Source: a virus
Lineage: Duplodnaviria > Caudoviricetes
Length of the DNA stretch: 64,000 nt
Strand: one strand, 5' to 3'
IMG/VR virus record: IMGVR_UViG_3300014208_000026
Span: 160,001-224,000 of that record
Part shown: in pieces, positions 21,001 to 31,319 of the stretch
Position numbering within the stretch: position 1 is the stretch's first letter
Layout of the letters: the number at the start of each line of letters is the position of its first letter
Notes under the pieces: model-generated
What the model was told of the DNA's origin: nothing
The model's input: only the letters and a program-made list of their open reading frames with translations
Database searches by the model: none
Translations under genes and position numbers: made by a program

Positions 21001-24000
21001 TGGTTGCGGATGCGGGGGAAGCACTAGAAAAGGGTCGGGATATCGAAGTGCGGATTGGTTTGGTTTCTCCCGCGGCGTGGGCAGTTTACGTGCTTCAGAA
21101 AGCTCTCCTGGGCAAGATTGCCAACAACTCTTTGCTTGTGAACCTGACCAGCCCCCGAGTGCTGGTTGAAAGCTTCGGTTTGAGGTTGGGGGCTCAGCTT
21201 TTCTCTTTTACGGATCCTGGACACCCGATTTCTATGGTGGGGGCTTTTTCCGTTCCGATTCCGGTCGGCACGATCGAATGCTTGACTACGACGGGTGAGA
21301 TTGGTTTTGCATCGGATCTCCTGGTCGACTACCAGGAATCGGACGTGTACTTCACTGAGACGTTCTTGGACCCGACGGCTTTCCTGACGGGCACCGTAGA
21401 ACTTGACCCTGAGACGGGCGGGTTGAATTTCAGTTCTGTTGACATGACAAGTTTTGGTGGACAGGAAGCTTACTTTGTCGAGCGGATGATTACCGAAGGT
21501 AGAGAGGACGTGGCGATCAGCCCTGTGGTAGGGACGTTCGCTTTCAACACGCCTTTGAAGGCTTGGCAGGTTGTCCAGGCGGACTATTACTTGGCGGACT
21601 CCTCGGGGAACAAGGCTCTCGACGATGCGGGGAATGAGATTCACGTTCTGGAGTACCTCCCCGTCTACATTCAGCGGGAAATCTGTACCGCTACGGCCAA
21701 TCCGAACGTCTATGCCTTCAATCCGACGGGGCGCTACGTGTTCCCGAATATCGTGCCGACGGTGTACGTCGGGGCTGTAATGATGAACTATGCTAGCGAA
21801 ACCGCTACCTTCGACGGCAACACTGTGCTCCTCTCCGAGATTCCGGCCGTGGGGGACGTGGTTACGATTAGCTATGCCGTACTGCATTCCTTTGGCGGGG
21901 AGTCTACGTACACCTCTTCTCAGAAGCCCATTTACCGGCCGCCGTTTTTCCTGCAACAGGGACAGGATACCTTCACGCTCGCAGGAGATCGGACTTCTGA
22001 AGTCCAGACCGGTTGTTTGCTCCGACTCGGGGAGGCCCCTTTCTATATCACGTCCTCCGCTTATGCTAGTGGGGTCACGACCGTAATGGTGTCTCCCACT
22101 CCGGTAGCTGAGGCTGGTTCTCGCGCCCCTGGCAACGATTCTTTGACACTTCTGAGTTCCGAGCCGGTCAATGTTCCGAATTTCATTTGGGTCACCCCTG
22201 GAATCCCCTTCGAGAAGGTTCCGAAGAACGGGCGTTCGGTTACTGTGTTGGGGGATATTCTCTCCTACGCCGTGCCTGGACACTTGATGGAGATCGGCGG
22301 GATTCCGTTCATCATTGCAGGGGCTAGAAGGGACGACACGGGAACCAAGACGATCGTCGAATGGACTTCCGTGGCCCCCTATGAGTTGCAGGGCTCTTTG
22401 CTGCGGATTTCCGTACGACCGATCTATCCGCCGAGTGCTAGCGTTTTCCTGGGCTTGGGGGGCTTGATTCCCGATGAGCCCTATGAACTCATCCTGTTCG
22501 GAAACGGTGTTCCTGGACGTTCTCTGGTGCCGAACATCGAGTACGGGATAGATCCGGCTACCGGTGGGGTTTCTCTCCTGCGGGATACACTACAGCCTAA
22601 CCAGTGGTTATATTTCCGGTACACCGGTCTGGACACTCTGGCTCCCACTTACCAGTCAGGCGTTTTCGTTCTGCCCCGAGTGAAGTCGAAGTTCTCTTAC
22701 ATGACAACTCCCTCGGAGGACAACGGTATCCTCGACGGGTACTTGCAGGCTTCTTTCTCTTTCCGGAATCCGGACACCTTCTACGCCAAGGTCACTCCTT
22801 TGCTGGATTTCATGAGCGAGGTTAGCCGGAATGCCGTAGAAGCTGTAAAGAGCCGACAACCTACCAGCGGCCCTATGTTGCCCTCGAACACTACAAGTGA
22901 ACCTGGGGGCGTGTCTCTGGTAGGAGAGAAGCAGGAGTTGCAGAATGAGGACCGTGCAGCTCGTGCTTTCCTGTCTTTCTACAACCAAGTGATCTCCACG
23001 TTCGAACAAGTCCAGGAAACCATTGGATCGGGTATCGTAGGGGACCGAGACGGCAAGTTCAAGTTCTCTCTCGGGCCGGAGACAGAGGTCGCGGGTCCTG
23101 GCTCTGAAGATGATATTTCGGGACTGCTCAATCCCAAGAACCTCTGGACCAATGTTTTCATGCAGCTTCTAGTCGGGCCTCCCGTCTACGGCTCTCCGGT
23201 TTACGTGACGTCGAAGGATCCGTTGGTTCATCCCCTTGGGCTCTCTTTGACCGGCGGGGTGCTGGACGGAAGTCTCCCGAGCATCGACTACCTGAATGAG
23301 TGGATTCAGCTTCAGAAGGGGTTCGTCGAGAACGAAGTAGATGATGTGATCTTGACCGGCGTTTCCCGTTTGCAAAGGACTCGCGGGTCGTGGCCTCCTG
23401 GCCTCCACCTCAAGGCGTTCGGTAAGTTCCTGTCCTTGGCCGACCCCAGCCGGTTCTCCAGGATTTTCCCCGAAGAGACTACGGTGTTCACGACTACTGG
23501 CCCTGGTATCGGTGCGGATGAACTGACCGGAGATCCCGGAGAGTACGCTTACGCCAAGGTTGTGGATTCGGACGGTACGATCGCCTCTACCTTCCTGACG
23601 GCTATCGGAGAAGTGTCGAATCCTGTTTTGGGTACGGTCGAGAATATCCAGTCGATCGTGACGAAAGACCGTTACCCGAGAGCTAGGATCTGGGCTTACT
23701 CAGCTATTGGTTTCCCTGAGTTGGACGCTCAGATCTTCGCTTACGAACCTGCCCTGGGCCCGACTTATTTCGCCAGTGACCCCAGGCCAGCGGTTATCGC
23801 GACCCCCCTCCCGCTCAAGGATTTCCCGTTGACCACGGGCGGTTTGCCCGACGTAACCCAATTCGTTTCCTTGGGCGGTACTGTTTCGGATCTGGCGAGC
23901 GGGGACTACGATCTGCACATCTCTGGATTTGAAGGGTTCCCTACGGCTCAGGTCGGGTTCGGGCGTCCGGACGGGACGTTGTTCGACGTTGGGTATGGGG

Positions 24001-27000
24001 CAATTGTGATCCCGTTCTCCTCTCCCACGACGGCACCTGTTTACGTGGCGGACGTCATTTTGGGTTGCATCCTGACGTTCAAAGCCCGTCATGGCACGAA
24101 CGAGATGGACGTTACGAACGGGAACCTCTTTGTCCAGTTCGACGGGGGGATCGGAGGTCCGGCTCTTTCCTTGAATGAGGGGGATACCGTTTACCTGCAT
24201 ACCCCTGGTCGCGAGGAAATGGAGAACACGACCGATCCGCTCACTACGGATGATATGGAACGGGTTTCTCAGGGTCTTCCCGCTTACAGGGATGGGGTTG
24301 ACGTCGGGGTCAATAAGAAGAACGGCGAGTTCCTGGACCTGACGTTCCCCAGGTCTTTCCAGAAGTTGTTTGGACAGAAGACGCCTCAGCCCGTGAGCCC
24401 GATTGAGGCAAAGGTTCAATTCACAAGCGGGAACATGAGCCCGCTGGAGATTCCGGCTCTGACTGGACAGGACAAGAACGACAGCGGGGATTACACGCTC
24501 CCCTACCTCAAGACTCAGAACACGGAATTGGATCGGCTCGGAAACGTGGACCCTTACGTCGGGGAACTGTTCGCAGACAATTTCGTGGTGAGCAGCGGTG
24601 TCTATCCCGACGAGTTCGTAGGGACGGACGGGGCTGTTTTCATTGGGGGGTTACTATATCCCGCGTCTCTCCAGACTGCGGTTGACGTGGCTCCTGCTTT
24701 CACCCCCGGGTCCGGTTTGGGGACGCTGGCTCCCTTTGATCTGCTTCTGACTGAGGTTGGAGGTTCTGCGCTCCCTGTTGGTTGTCAGGGGATTCTGTCG
24801 GTTGGTCGTGTCGAGAGAATCGGTGCCACTACCTATATTGAGCCCCCTAGATTTATCACGCCTACGGTTCGGGGGGATGTTATCCGGTACACGTTCGACA
24901 ATGCTCAAGCGTTTGTGCAGGACCCTCAGCCGGTAGGTCCCTTCACGCCCGGGAACACCGAGGGTGTGAAGGTTGAAATCGACTACGTGGCTCACACGAC
25001 TACCTTTGATTTCAGCAGTGTGCCTGCTCTGGAATGGGCTCAGTTGCATGACGGTCTGGCTGCAGGTGTCGGTGGGTTGAACTCCATTTGGGGGTTAGGT
25101 GCCAATTCTAACCGGATTATCCTCAAGCTGTACCAGCGGGAACTTGGGGCCGGAGAAGGCGCTGTTGTAGAGACCGTTGTGATTGAGGGTCTTACGGTTA
25201 CGGGTAGCTCCGGAACCGTGGCTATCACGAGTGCTCAGTTCGGCGTAGGTCCTGGGGAGAGGCAGTTGGTGATTGGAGGCTGGCCTCTGCCTTTCCTCGA
25301 CGTCACACGGGTTGAAATGCCATTTACGGTTGTGCCTCTGGTGTCCGCTATTTCGGATTACCAGTATGACTACACAATCTCTCTCGACACTTACAATGCC
25401 GGAACGGGGCAATCCACCACGGCGTATGTAGACAGGGATCGTTTGACTTTTGTAGAGGTCGTCGACTTCACGACGGTCAAGGTTAGAGGTGCCGTCCATC
25501 CGAAAAACGCGGGGACCTCGATCGAGGGGCGCTTGAAGGTGGATACCATAACGGGCACTCTCGGGAGTGACCTGACAATCAATGCTATCGTGAACACGGG
25601 GATCCCGTTCACGTTCCTCCAGAGGGCTTATGGAACGGGCACCTGGATTCCCGCCGCCTTGGGCGGGGATGAACTCGGAACCATTCGGGTCATGGCTTTT
25701 GAGGGGTCTGGCAATACCGAACTCCCCGCTGACGTTTCCGACGTAGTTTTCTCCGCTCTGCCTTCCTCTATCTGCAACACGACAGGGCTCATTTGCGATA
25801 GTAGCGGCATGGCGTTGAAGGGTTCCGATTGGGTTTCTGCTGTTCCTCCCGCTACGGGTGTGTTGAATGTAGAGGCGGGGGACACTCTCGTTATCAAGAG
25901 TGCGTGTGCTAAGGCGGGCACTTACCTTGTCCGGCATGGGGTGGAGTCCAATAACCTGTCTGACACCCGTGAAGTTGTTCTGGAAGCGGCGGCTGGAGTT
26001 TCGTCCAGTTGGGTAGATATCCAGTTCCCGACTCTCGTGTCTTGGGACTCCCTGGCAGGAACTGTAACGATTTCTGACACGTTCCTTTTCTCCTTGTCCC
26101 CGACGGGACACGCTTTCAGGACCGCAGGCTTCACGCAGATTTACTTCCTGACCCAAGTGGACGGCCCCGACACCAAGCTGGTGTACGCTTCCTACGCGGG
26201 CATTGCGGGGAATACTTTCAACGGCTTGAACCTGTTCAGAGATGAGAACGACAATCCTGTCTCAGCTACGGACTTTTGGAACTCCCTGTCCGCAGGTATG
26301 TCTATCTCCGGCATGGTCTATCTTCCGATTCATGTTGGAGGAGAACAGGGACTCCCCAATAACAACGTAGTCGGGGGTGCGGGGGTTTGCGGTTTCACGG
26401 GGATCTCCATCCAGAACGGAACAGCACTGCCCCGGGATTTCGATGCCATTAGTGCTTATCCGGTTGCGGTGGGGGATGAGATCGGGGTGGGGCCTGCAAT
26501 TCAGGAACCCAGCAACGTTTTCCAATCGGACCCCGACACGGTTGTCTATCCCAATGTTGCAGGGCTTCTGGACGTCAGTGTCGTTGTGACGTGGCCTTGT
26601 CACACGGGACCTGGAGTTAGATGTTTTGTTCCTGGAGACCGCCTTGTCACTTCTACTGTGGCTACTCCAATCGGTTTCGAGGCTCAGGCGGGTATCTTCC
26701 TGGAGCCTTCTTTCCCCATGCCTGCCTTGCCCTTGGGCGGAGGCAGTGCTCTGGTGGTCGACGCCACCCACGGCATGGCGGCCAACCATATCGGTTTCAG
26801 GGAGGATGCAGCTTACGTAGGAGTTGCCGAACCTGTTGCCTTCGAGGTCCGGCGAATCCGTCGTTTCCATGAAGTCCAGAACCTTATCGGAGAAGCCCTA
26901 TACCCCCTTCGGTACACCTACCTCATTCGTCGAGGTACCGTTACAGGGTACGCGATAGACCCCGACAACAAAGGATTCATGGTCGTAGCCGCCGGAGGGA

Positions 27001-28337
27001 CAAATCTGGGATATTTCGACGATCCCGATGTGAATATTCAGGCGGGGGACACTTTCAGGGTCCGCTATTCTGGTAGTGTTTATGAGGCTACGATCGGTAG
27101 CGTGGTGAGCGGGACTTTCTTGATGCTCTCCGTTCCTGGTTTGGGCATTCCGGTCAGTCCTGTTGGGATGGAGTTTGAGGTCTACCTGAAACGGGTTCCT
27201 GTTCCCCACGTCCAGTCGAACGAACAGCTTTTCTCTCTCATTCAGAGTGAACTGCTAGTCGATAGAACCGCAGATTATACAACAGGAGCGGGCGGTTCTG
27301 TCGCTACGACGAATGAACTGGCCGACTCAGGGATTGATTTCGTGACGGCTCAGGTCCAGCCTGGGGATATTCTGGTTGTGGACCCCGCAGGTGCCCTTTC
27401 AGGACAAACCGGTCTGGCTGTTCCTCCGGAGTATGGGATGCGCCCCTACGGGGACTTGTCCGTATTCGGACGTGTTCCGTACGTAGCGGGCAAGCCAAGC
27501 GAGATGGACGACAACAGAGGGTTCTACAAGGTACAGACTGTAAATGCTGGAAGCCTTGTGGTTTCCCCCGAGACGTCTTTCTCCGGCACCGCCGCTCCGG
27601 TTGTGTTCGGCGGGGCGGGTTACGAGTACGCTGTTTACCCCACGGTTCACGATTCGGATATTCCGGTGCCAGGGAGTCCCGAAGGGCAAATGGACCTGCG
27701 TCTTACCGCACCCGCAGGAATCGTGACCAATTCCTTCAAGGGAACTCCGTACTCGGTCCAGCCCTTCTCTTATAGGGTGATTCGGCCTTCGGGCCAGTTC
27801 TCTGAAGAGGCCGTGTACCTCGTGCTGTTCATGCGGGAGCGTATGCTCTCCTGGATTGAACAGATCGGTGTGTTCCTCGACGGCAACAAGCACGGTTCGT
27901 ATTTCGTGTTCCAGCGGGATGAGCATATCGAGGATCTGGGCGACCCCGCAATCCCGGAACTTGGCCTTGGGGTTATCTTCAATGCTTTGGTCTATGGACT
28001 GCGCGGGGTTGTGGGAGCGACGCCGTTTGCGAATGACGCAGACTGTCTTTCCCTACTGGACCGACGTTTCTGGATTCTTGACAGGCGCCTGGACTTCTTG
28101 AACTACACGGATTACGAGGGCGTGGGTGCTTCTGTCCGGCCCGTTCTGCCAGACCTTATCGACCTTGTGTTGGAGTTCCGCGACGCTATGCGGCAACAGC
28201 GTTACTTCTGGCTGGACTATCGAACCAATCGGATTTCTGGTACACTGGCTGCAATGAAGCGTTTTGACGAAGAGTACCCGAGAAGAGTGAAAGAGAAAGA
28301 AGACCTTCTGTTGATGCTCAAAGGAAGCGCTCAATGA
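18003..28337 (+). CDS. Giant 3444-aa virion structural protein (baseplate/fibre scaffold-like)
   Basis: Uninterrupted 10.3-kb ORF with backbone codon style, coupled to both neighbours by 4-nt overlaps. Beta-rich with repeated modules and a helical C-terminus. Confidence 0.7.
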   Translation: MMGKFVYKAVRAAASNAKTTEVPTGGVLRDYKVLPQAFAYADPVQFVDVPGEQYRTAILNSSVQGDTEYLLWAANGGSLSIGDPTWVLEDGAGTIPTGMLVDTGAVHTDGSDSIIVTGGDGRTVTSVVRVEVVRGDVPGSVITVVAFGSVSLTGRVTFDGATLLSLDGGVFQSRGDYIKSVWYQTEPVKFWWSRNDPQRTRFGWNNQVQRWEPYKGSSVKDLGLLTPDGRYLLSPRPNQLNRGETLPGEFATPDTYAMVRLGQYPDSNSDPVAADGPGAFTGIEIVSDEEAQGTGFVWGTQAGIVGETGGVLQWNPVFLNTYAGKTVWYTPQDFETDVNGFVGNISVGNHLHIAPIPGPTDYPFIRVGTCRYLNVLVVADEATQAGVSPALDEVVVALSTGKLKFNSGLLAKADPTDPAFDIQYLGAEVYYDGVALTQQPVPTVAPAALTGPLDDLYAPLADFATDLGTSGVLYLPDQTGLVPQPGTPGIRPGGDTLAATATGLVRQAETFGDLLIFGSTRVLEKVIVVDTENDAPKHAFKIPAGTAYLSRDTGRVFLSRKDQHDFAGQQLYILQALCRPAVSVPRAVLYSRLASPFTLEGADKLYFALDSTSYVWTSTLGAGTFTAQQIVTNIQANTAPAIAAWQVAVVGDQIILQDALAVEIGWGASLTDKDLSGARALGFLPGWRATAAGGWLPDSGFAFGLERSPVNLDRTGPESDALAEYRTEDLTLSKSVKAQPFMFLDQIPIQDVAGYDDDVFYRLTSTVQRGSTSYTVTRQLQNFVNVKYDFGQKKLLWLDSYESTSLIQQPTSAFYLGQLNVIPETMYLPSNGVWVSRTGGPLQKLVYGEDFILPNSGVPGVAQLIRRVGDTEMSGARGQFTALSSSFTDPDADFTSVQDGYILKILVGEAEGSYVVTSAVPAFLTVTPAFAVSSPSATPTEWVVYKAHRRDVYDASAPVVLADVTYREFNHLTSEPFKIHALSYVGDVPVDATAQFAHRLVADAGEALEKGRDIEVRIGLVSPAAWAVYVLQKALLGKIANNSLLVNLTSPRVLVESFGLRLGAQLFSFTDPGHPISMVGAFSVPIPVGTIECLTTTGEIGFASDLLVDYQESDVYFTETFLDPTAFLTGTVELDPETGGLNFSSVDMTSFGGQEAYFVERMITEGREDVAISPVVGTFAFNTPLKAWQVVQADYYLADSSGNKALDDAGNEIHVLEYLPVYIQREICTATANPNVYAFNPTGRYVFPNIVPTVYVGAVMMNYASETATFDGNTVLLSEIPAVGDVVTISYAVLHSFGGESTYTSSQKPIYRPPFFLQQGQDTFTLAGDRTSEVQTGCLLRLGEAPFYITSSAYASGVTTVMVSPTPVAEAGSRAPGNDSLTLLSSEPVNVPNFIWVTPGIPFEKVPKNGRSVTVLGDILSYAVPGHLMEIGGIPFIIAGARRDDTGTKTIVEWTSVAPYELQGSLLRISVRPIYPPSASVFLGLGGLIPDEPYELILFGNGVPGRSLVPNIEYGIDPATGGVSLLRDTLQPNQWLYFRYTGLDTLAPTYQSGVFVLPRVKSKFSYMTTPSEDNGILDGYLQASFSFRNPDTFYAKVTPLLDFMSEVSRNAVEAVKSRQPTSGPMLPSNTTSEPGGVSLVGEKQELQNEDRAARAFLSFYNQVISTFEQVQETIGSGIVGDRDGKFKFSLGPETEVAGPGSEDDISGLLNPKNLWTNVFMQLLVGPPVYGSPVYVTSKDPLVHPLGLSLTGGVLDGSLPSIDYLNEWIQLQKGFVENEVDDVILTGVSRLQRTRGSWPPGLHLKAFGKFLSLADPSRFSRIFPEETTVFTTTGPGIGADELTGDPGEYAYAKVVDSDGTIASTFLTAIGEVSNPVLGTVENIQSIVTKDRYPRARIWAYSAIGFPELDAQIFAYEPALGPTYFASDPRPAVIATPLPLKDFPLTTGGLPDVTQFVSLGGTVSDLASGDYDLHISGFEGFPTAQVGFGRPDGTLFDVGYGAIVIPFSSPTTAPVYVADVILGCILTFKARHGTNEMDVTNGNLFVQFDGGIGGPALSLNEGDTVYLHTPGREEMENTTDPLTTDDMERVSQGLPAYRDGVDVGVNKKNGEFLDLTFPRSFQKLFGQKTPQPVSPIEAKVQFTSGNMSPLEIPALTGQDKNDSGDYTLPYLKTQNTELDRLGNVDPYVGELFADNFVVSSGVYPDEFVGTDGAVFIGGLLYPASLQTAVDVAPAFTPGSGLGTLAPFDLLLTEVGGSALPVGCQGILSVGRVERIGATTYIEPPRFITPTVRGDVIRYTFDNAQAFVQDPQPVGPFTPGNTEGVKVEIDYVAHTTTFDFSSVPALEWAQLHDGLAAGVGGLNSIWGLGANSNRIILKLYQRELGAGEGAVVETVVIEGLTVTGSSGTVAITSAQFGVGPGERQLVIGGWPLPFLDVTRVEMPFTVVPLVSAISDYQYDYTISLDTYNAGTGQSTTAYVDRDRLTFVEVVDFTTVKVRGAVHPKNAGTSIEGRLKVDTITGTLGSDLTINAIVNTGIPFTFLQRAYGTGTWIPAALGGDELGTIRVMAFEGSGNTELPADVSDVVFSALPSSICNTTGLICDSSGMALKGSDWVSAVPPATGVLNVEAGDTLVIKSACAKAGTYLVRHGVESNNLSDTREVVLEAAAGVSSSWVDIQFPTLVSWDSLAGTVTISDTFLFSLSPTGHAFRTAGFTQIYFLTQVDGPDTKLVYASYAGIAGNTFNGLNLFRDENDNPVSATDFWNSLSAGMSISGMVYLPIHVGGEQGLPNNNVVGGAGVCGFTGISIQNGTALPRDFDAISAYPVAVGDEIGVGPAIQEPSNVFQSDPDTVVYPNVAGLLDVSVVVTWPCHTGPGVRCFVPGDRLVTSTVATPIGFEAQAGIFLEPSFPMPALPLGGGSALVVDATHGMAANHIGFREDAAYVGVAEPVAFEVRRIRRFHEVQNLIGEALYPLRYTYLIRRGTVTGYAIDPDNKGFMVVAAGGTNLGYFDDPDVNIQAGDTFRVRYSGSVYEATIGSVVSGTFLMLSVPGLGIPVSPVGMEFEVYLKRVPVPHVQSNEQLFSLIQSELLVDRTADYTTGAGGSVATTNELADSGIDFVTAQVQPGDILVVDPAGALSGQTGLAVPPEYGMRPYGDLSVFGRVPYVAGKPSEMDDNRGFYKVQTVNAGSLVVSPETSFSGTAAPVVFGGAGYEYAVYPTVHDSDIPVPGSPEGQMDLRLTAPAGIVTNSFKGTPYSVQPFSYRVIRPSGQFSEEAVYLVLFMRERMLSWIEQIGVFLDGNKHGSYFVFQRDEHIEDLGDPAIPELGLGVIFNALVYGLRGVVGATPFANDADCLSLLDRRFWILDRRLDFLNYTDYEGVGASVRPVLPDLIDLVLEFRDAMRQQRYFWLDYRTNRISGTLAAMKRFDEEYPRRVKEKEDLLLMLKGSAQ

Positions 28338-28555
28338 AAGCTGAAGAACTGAAAAAGAAGCTAGAAGAACAGGGGATGGAGCCCAAGTGGATTTCCTCCC
28401 CTGAGCGTACGGTCGAGTTGATTCCAGGCGGGGTCGATAAAGACACCCTGTTGCGGGTGAAGTCTCTTCTGGCGGGGGAGTTGCAAAAGCTGCGAGGACA
28501 GGCGGATACTCTGAGAAGTGAGTCCAATAGAATTCGTCATGGTGGAGGAAAGTAA
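28334..28555 (+). CDS. Small coiled-coil hypothetical protein
   Basis: 73 aa. ATGA overlap with the upstream gene, ending 5 nt before the next start. Confidence 0.55.
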   Translation: MKAEELKKKLEEQGMEPKWISSPERTVELIPGGVDKDTLLRVKSLLAGELQKLRGQADTLRSESNRIRHGGGK

Positions 28556-28560
28556 AGAAA

Positions 28561-31317
28561 ATGCCCGCACCGCCTCCTGTTATCACTACTGTGGCTGACG
28601 CTAACAAGGCTTCGGATGATGGTAAATGGCTTACCCTTAGTGTCGGGTTGCCCGATTACCTGAAGGACGCCAAGGACAAGTTTCATAGTGGGGCTTCCAC
28701 TCTCATTACGTTGATGGATATTGCCCTGGCGGCTCTCCGGCTGGCCAAGGCACTGTCTCTGTCCTACCTCGATCCCTTGATCGCTATTCTGGAAGCGATT
28801 GTCAACGAGCTTCAAGGGTACATCAACGATCTCACGAAGGGTGGGATTTTCATTTCGGGGGACTGGAAGTATTTCGTGGCTCCCTTCGAGGACCTGCGGG
28901 GCGGGTTCTCTGCTTATGAGCGTCGGATGGTGTCCCGTTTCGCCGATCCGACGGACCCGACACGCCCGAATCTGTCCCCCTCGTCGGCGGCTATGGCGGT
29001 GTTTGTGTACTCCGAAGAGGACCTGACGGCGGTCATGAATATCGTGCGGCTGGTCAAGCTGCTCATGAAGTTCTTTGGGCAGGATTTCCTTCCGAAGGGC
29101 CTACCGGCCGTTTCGAACTTGAAGGTTGCTTACGGGCTTGCGGATATGAACGCTTTCGACTATTTCCGAAGCTTGGGGGATTACTTCGACTCGTCGAACG
29201 CGGGCAAGGTTCCAAACGTCGCCCGAGTAACCTGGAACGCGAATATCACCCCGAACAGCATGGGCTTGACTCTCCCCAATATCACTGTCGGCGGGTACTT
29301 GATTCAGGTTTCGACGGTGAAGGATGGGTTGCCTATCTACTACGAGAGGAACGTGGACAACGTTCCCAAGACGATTCTGCCCTCGGGTGGGACAGCGACT
29401 CAGAAAGTCGTGGGCAGGGTTCTTGACCCCTCGGGACAGCCTCTCACTCTTTATGGCGGTGCAGATCAGATTTTCGTCGAAGGAGCTTTGGGTTTCAACT
29501 CGAACATCGACGCGAATGGTGTTTTGAGGCCCGGGGCCGCTCGTGTGTTCGCCAAGAAATCTCAGGCGGATGACGTTGCTATCCCTCTGGATTTGTTGAA
29601 GGACGGGGACGATTACCTGTACCAGAAGACCTTTTTCCTGGATGCTACGACAGCGGCCTTCTATCCAGGGGACGGGTTTGGTTTCCCGTTGGCTTATGAC
29701 CAAATGCCCTTTGATGCTACGGCAAAGCAGGAGTCTGACGGGACTGTGATTTTGGTGAAGGGGGAGCGACCCCTCAATTACTACGTGCGGGTCACTCCGA
29801 CCAGTACCGGTGTTACAAGTGCTGCGGGGGAAAAGGGTGTGACAGGGGAGGGTTCTTTCTATTTCTGGCTCAGCTCAGATACGATAAGTGCCCCGCAACC
29901 GTTTAGAGCGACCGCCGCGGGGGTGAACTCTAAGGGTGAGCGTTTGGAAATGGGGGCGGACTATGGCCAGACTTCCGACGCCCTCCCGATTCTGTTCCCG
30001 AGCATCAACACCAAGACCTACATGGATCGCGTAGCTATTGCCCTCGCAGTGCTGGTTCTGAGCCGCTCGGATCTTTCCGTGTACGAAGGAACGGATCCCG
30101 CCAGTGAGTTCAATACCAAAGGTATGGCCAGGACCCCCACGGGGTTGGAGCCTTTCGGGTCTTTGGTCAACTGGATTTACTCTGGCCCCAACAACGTTTT
30201 CGAAAGCCCCGATACTTCTCCAGATAGTTTCCGCAGTGACCTGTGGAGTCGGTGTCGACAACTGGCCTATGACCTGTACCAGAAAACGGGCCCTATGCCC
30301 GCTATCGAAGAGTTTGTCGTGGCCCAGACAGGGTTGCTGGACACCTGGACTTGGGGGCAGGATTCTGGAAACTTTCTCCTGGCAGGGACGAAAGCGACTA
30401 TCGTAGAGTCTTTGAATGCTAACGCAAAAGCCGGAGAATACGAGGGGCTTGCTCTCAACCCTTGGTGCCTTGCTCCGCTAAGCGTGGTGCAGGGCACTTA
30501 TCTTGCCCCTACGGGAAGTCCTATCAATTCCAGGGAGCCAGGATTCTTTGCTTTCCTGCCTGAACGGGTTTTTACCAAGGACGGCTATACCCAGGAGGAA
30601 TTGCATTCGACGCTGGCTCCGTACCCCCCGCTACAGGCTCAGTTCCGGATGTCTATTGAAATGGGGTCTTGGCCGATAAATCAGGTGGACAGGCTCTACT
30701 ATTTGCCTCCGCAGTTCGTTTCTGGAGACTCGGGCAAGCTAGAAGGTTCGGAAGACCATTCGCCTATCTATTACACGAACTGGGGCGCTTTGAAGACCGG
30801 AACGGGAGGGCAGATTTTCTTCTGCCGGAACCTGTTCTCCGCCGAGGTGTATAAGCAGGCGGCCGTGGCTTTGAACATAGCGGCTTCTTCTTTCGGGCGG
30901 CGTAAGGATAAGGGCGAGTGGATTGCCATTCGGCCTTTCCAAGCCATGCCCGACCTGTTCGGAATGCTGGACACCATCGTCATGTGGGCTCAGGGACTGA
31001 CCGCAGGGTTGAAATCTATTGCGGATGCTCTCGATTCCTACATTGAGTTCATCGAGGCCCGTATCCTGGAAATCCAGCAGTTGATTCGGCGCATTGACGC
31101 CCTCGTGCAGTCCATCGAGATGATTCAGGTTCCGAGTTTCAGTGGGTTGATAGTGCATGGTAACGGGACGGACGGGCTCCTCTCGGGGTTCCTTTCGGCT
31201 CAGGACAAGCCCTCTAGTAGCGGTGCCGATGTGTACGGGGCGGGGGTCGTAATTGTCATGGGCGGGATTCCGGCTGCGAGTGTTCCTCTCCTGGAACTGT
31301 TGTTGGCGAAGGTGTAG
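28561..31317 (+). CDS. Hypothetical virion protein with amphipathic helical N- and C-termini
   Basis: 918 aa. Helical ends (LIAILEAIVNELQGYINDL; YIEFIEARILEIQQLIRRIDAL) flank a beta-rich core. Confidence 0.6.
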   Translation: MPAPPPVITTVADANKASDDGKWLTLSVGLPDYLKDAKDKFHSGASTLITLMDIALAALRLAKALSLSYLDPLIAILEAIVNELQGYINDLTKGGIFISGDWKYFVAPFEDLRGGFSAYERRMVSRFADPTDPTRPNLSPSSAAMAVFVYSEEDLTAVMNIVRLVKLLMKFFGQDFLPKGLPAVSNLKVAYGLADMNAFDYFRSLGDYFDSSNAGKVPNVARVTWNANITPNSMGLTLPNITVGGYLIQVSTVKDGLPIYYERNVDNVPKTILPSGGTATQKVVGRVLDPSGQPLTLYGGADQIFVEGALGFNSNIDANGVLRPGAARVFAKKSQADDVAIPLDLLKDGDDYLYQKTFFLDATTAAFYPGDGFGFPLAYDQMPFDATAKQESDGTVILVKGERPLNYYVRVTPTSTGVTSAAGEKGVTGEGSFYFWLSSDTISAPQPFRATAAGVNSKGERLEMGADYGQTSDALPILFPSINTKTYMDRVAIALAVLVLSRSDLSVYEGTDPASEFNTKGMARTPTGLEPFGSLVNWIYSGPNNVFESPDTSPDSFRSDLWSRCRQLAYDLYQKTGPMPAIEEFVVAQTGLLDTWTWGQDSGNFLLAGTKATIVESLNANAKAGEYEGLALNPWCLAPLSVVQGTYLAPTGSPINSREPGFFAFLPERVFTKDGYTQEELHSTLAPYPPLQAQFRMSIEMGSWPINQVDRLYYLPPQFVSGDSGKLEGSEDHSPIYYTNWGALKTGTGGQIFFCRNLFSAEVYKQAAVALNIAASSFGRRKDKGEWIAIRPFQAMPDLFGMLDTIVMWAQGLTAGLKSIADALDSYIEFIEARILEIQQLIRRIDALVQSIEMIQVPSFSGLIVHGNGTDGLLSGFLSAQDKPSSSGADVYGAGVVIVMGGIPAASVPLLELLLAKV

Positions 31318-31319
31318 AG

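Noticed and set aside
21024-26156. Long antisense ORFs (419 aa at 21024-22283, 353 aa at 25095-26156)
   Set aside because: They lie wholly opposite the 3444-aa gene, are Arg/His-rich and lack recognisable motifs. This is expected shadow from rare TTA/CTA/TCA codons.
10810-28337. Inteins or stop-codon recoding explaining the giant ORFs
   Set aside because: No intein C...HN splice motifs or LAGLIDADG blocks were seen. All three stop codons terminate genes normally, with tight overlaps.
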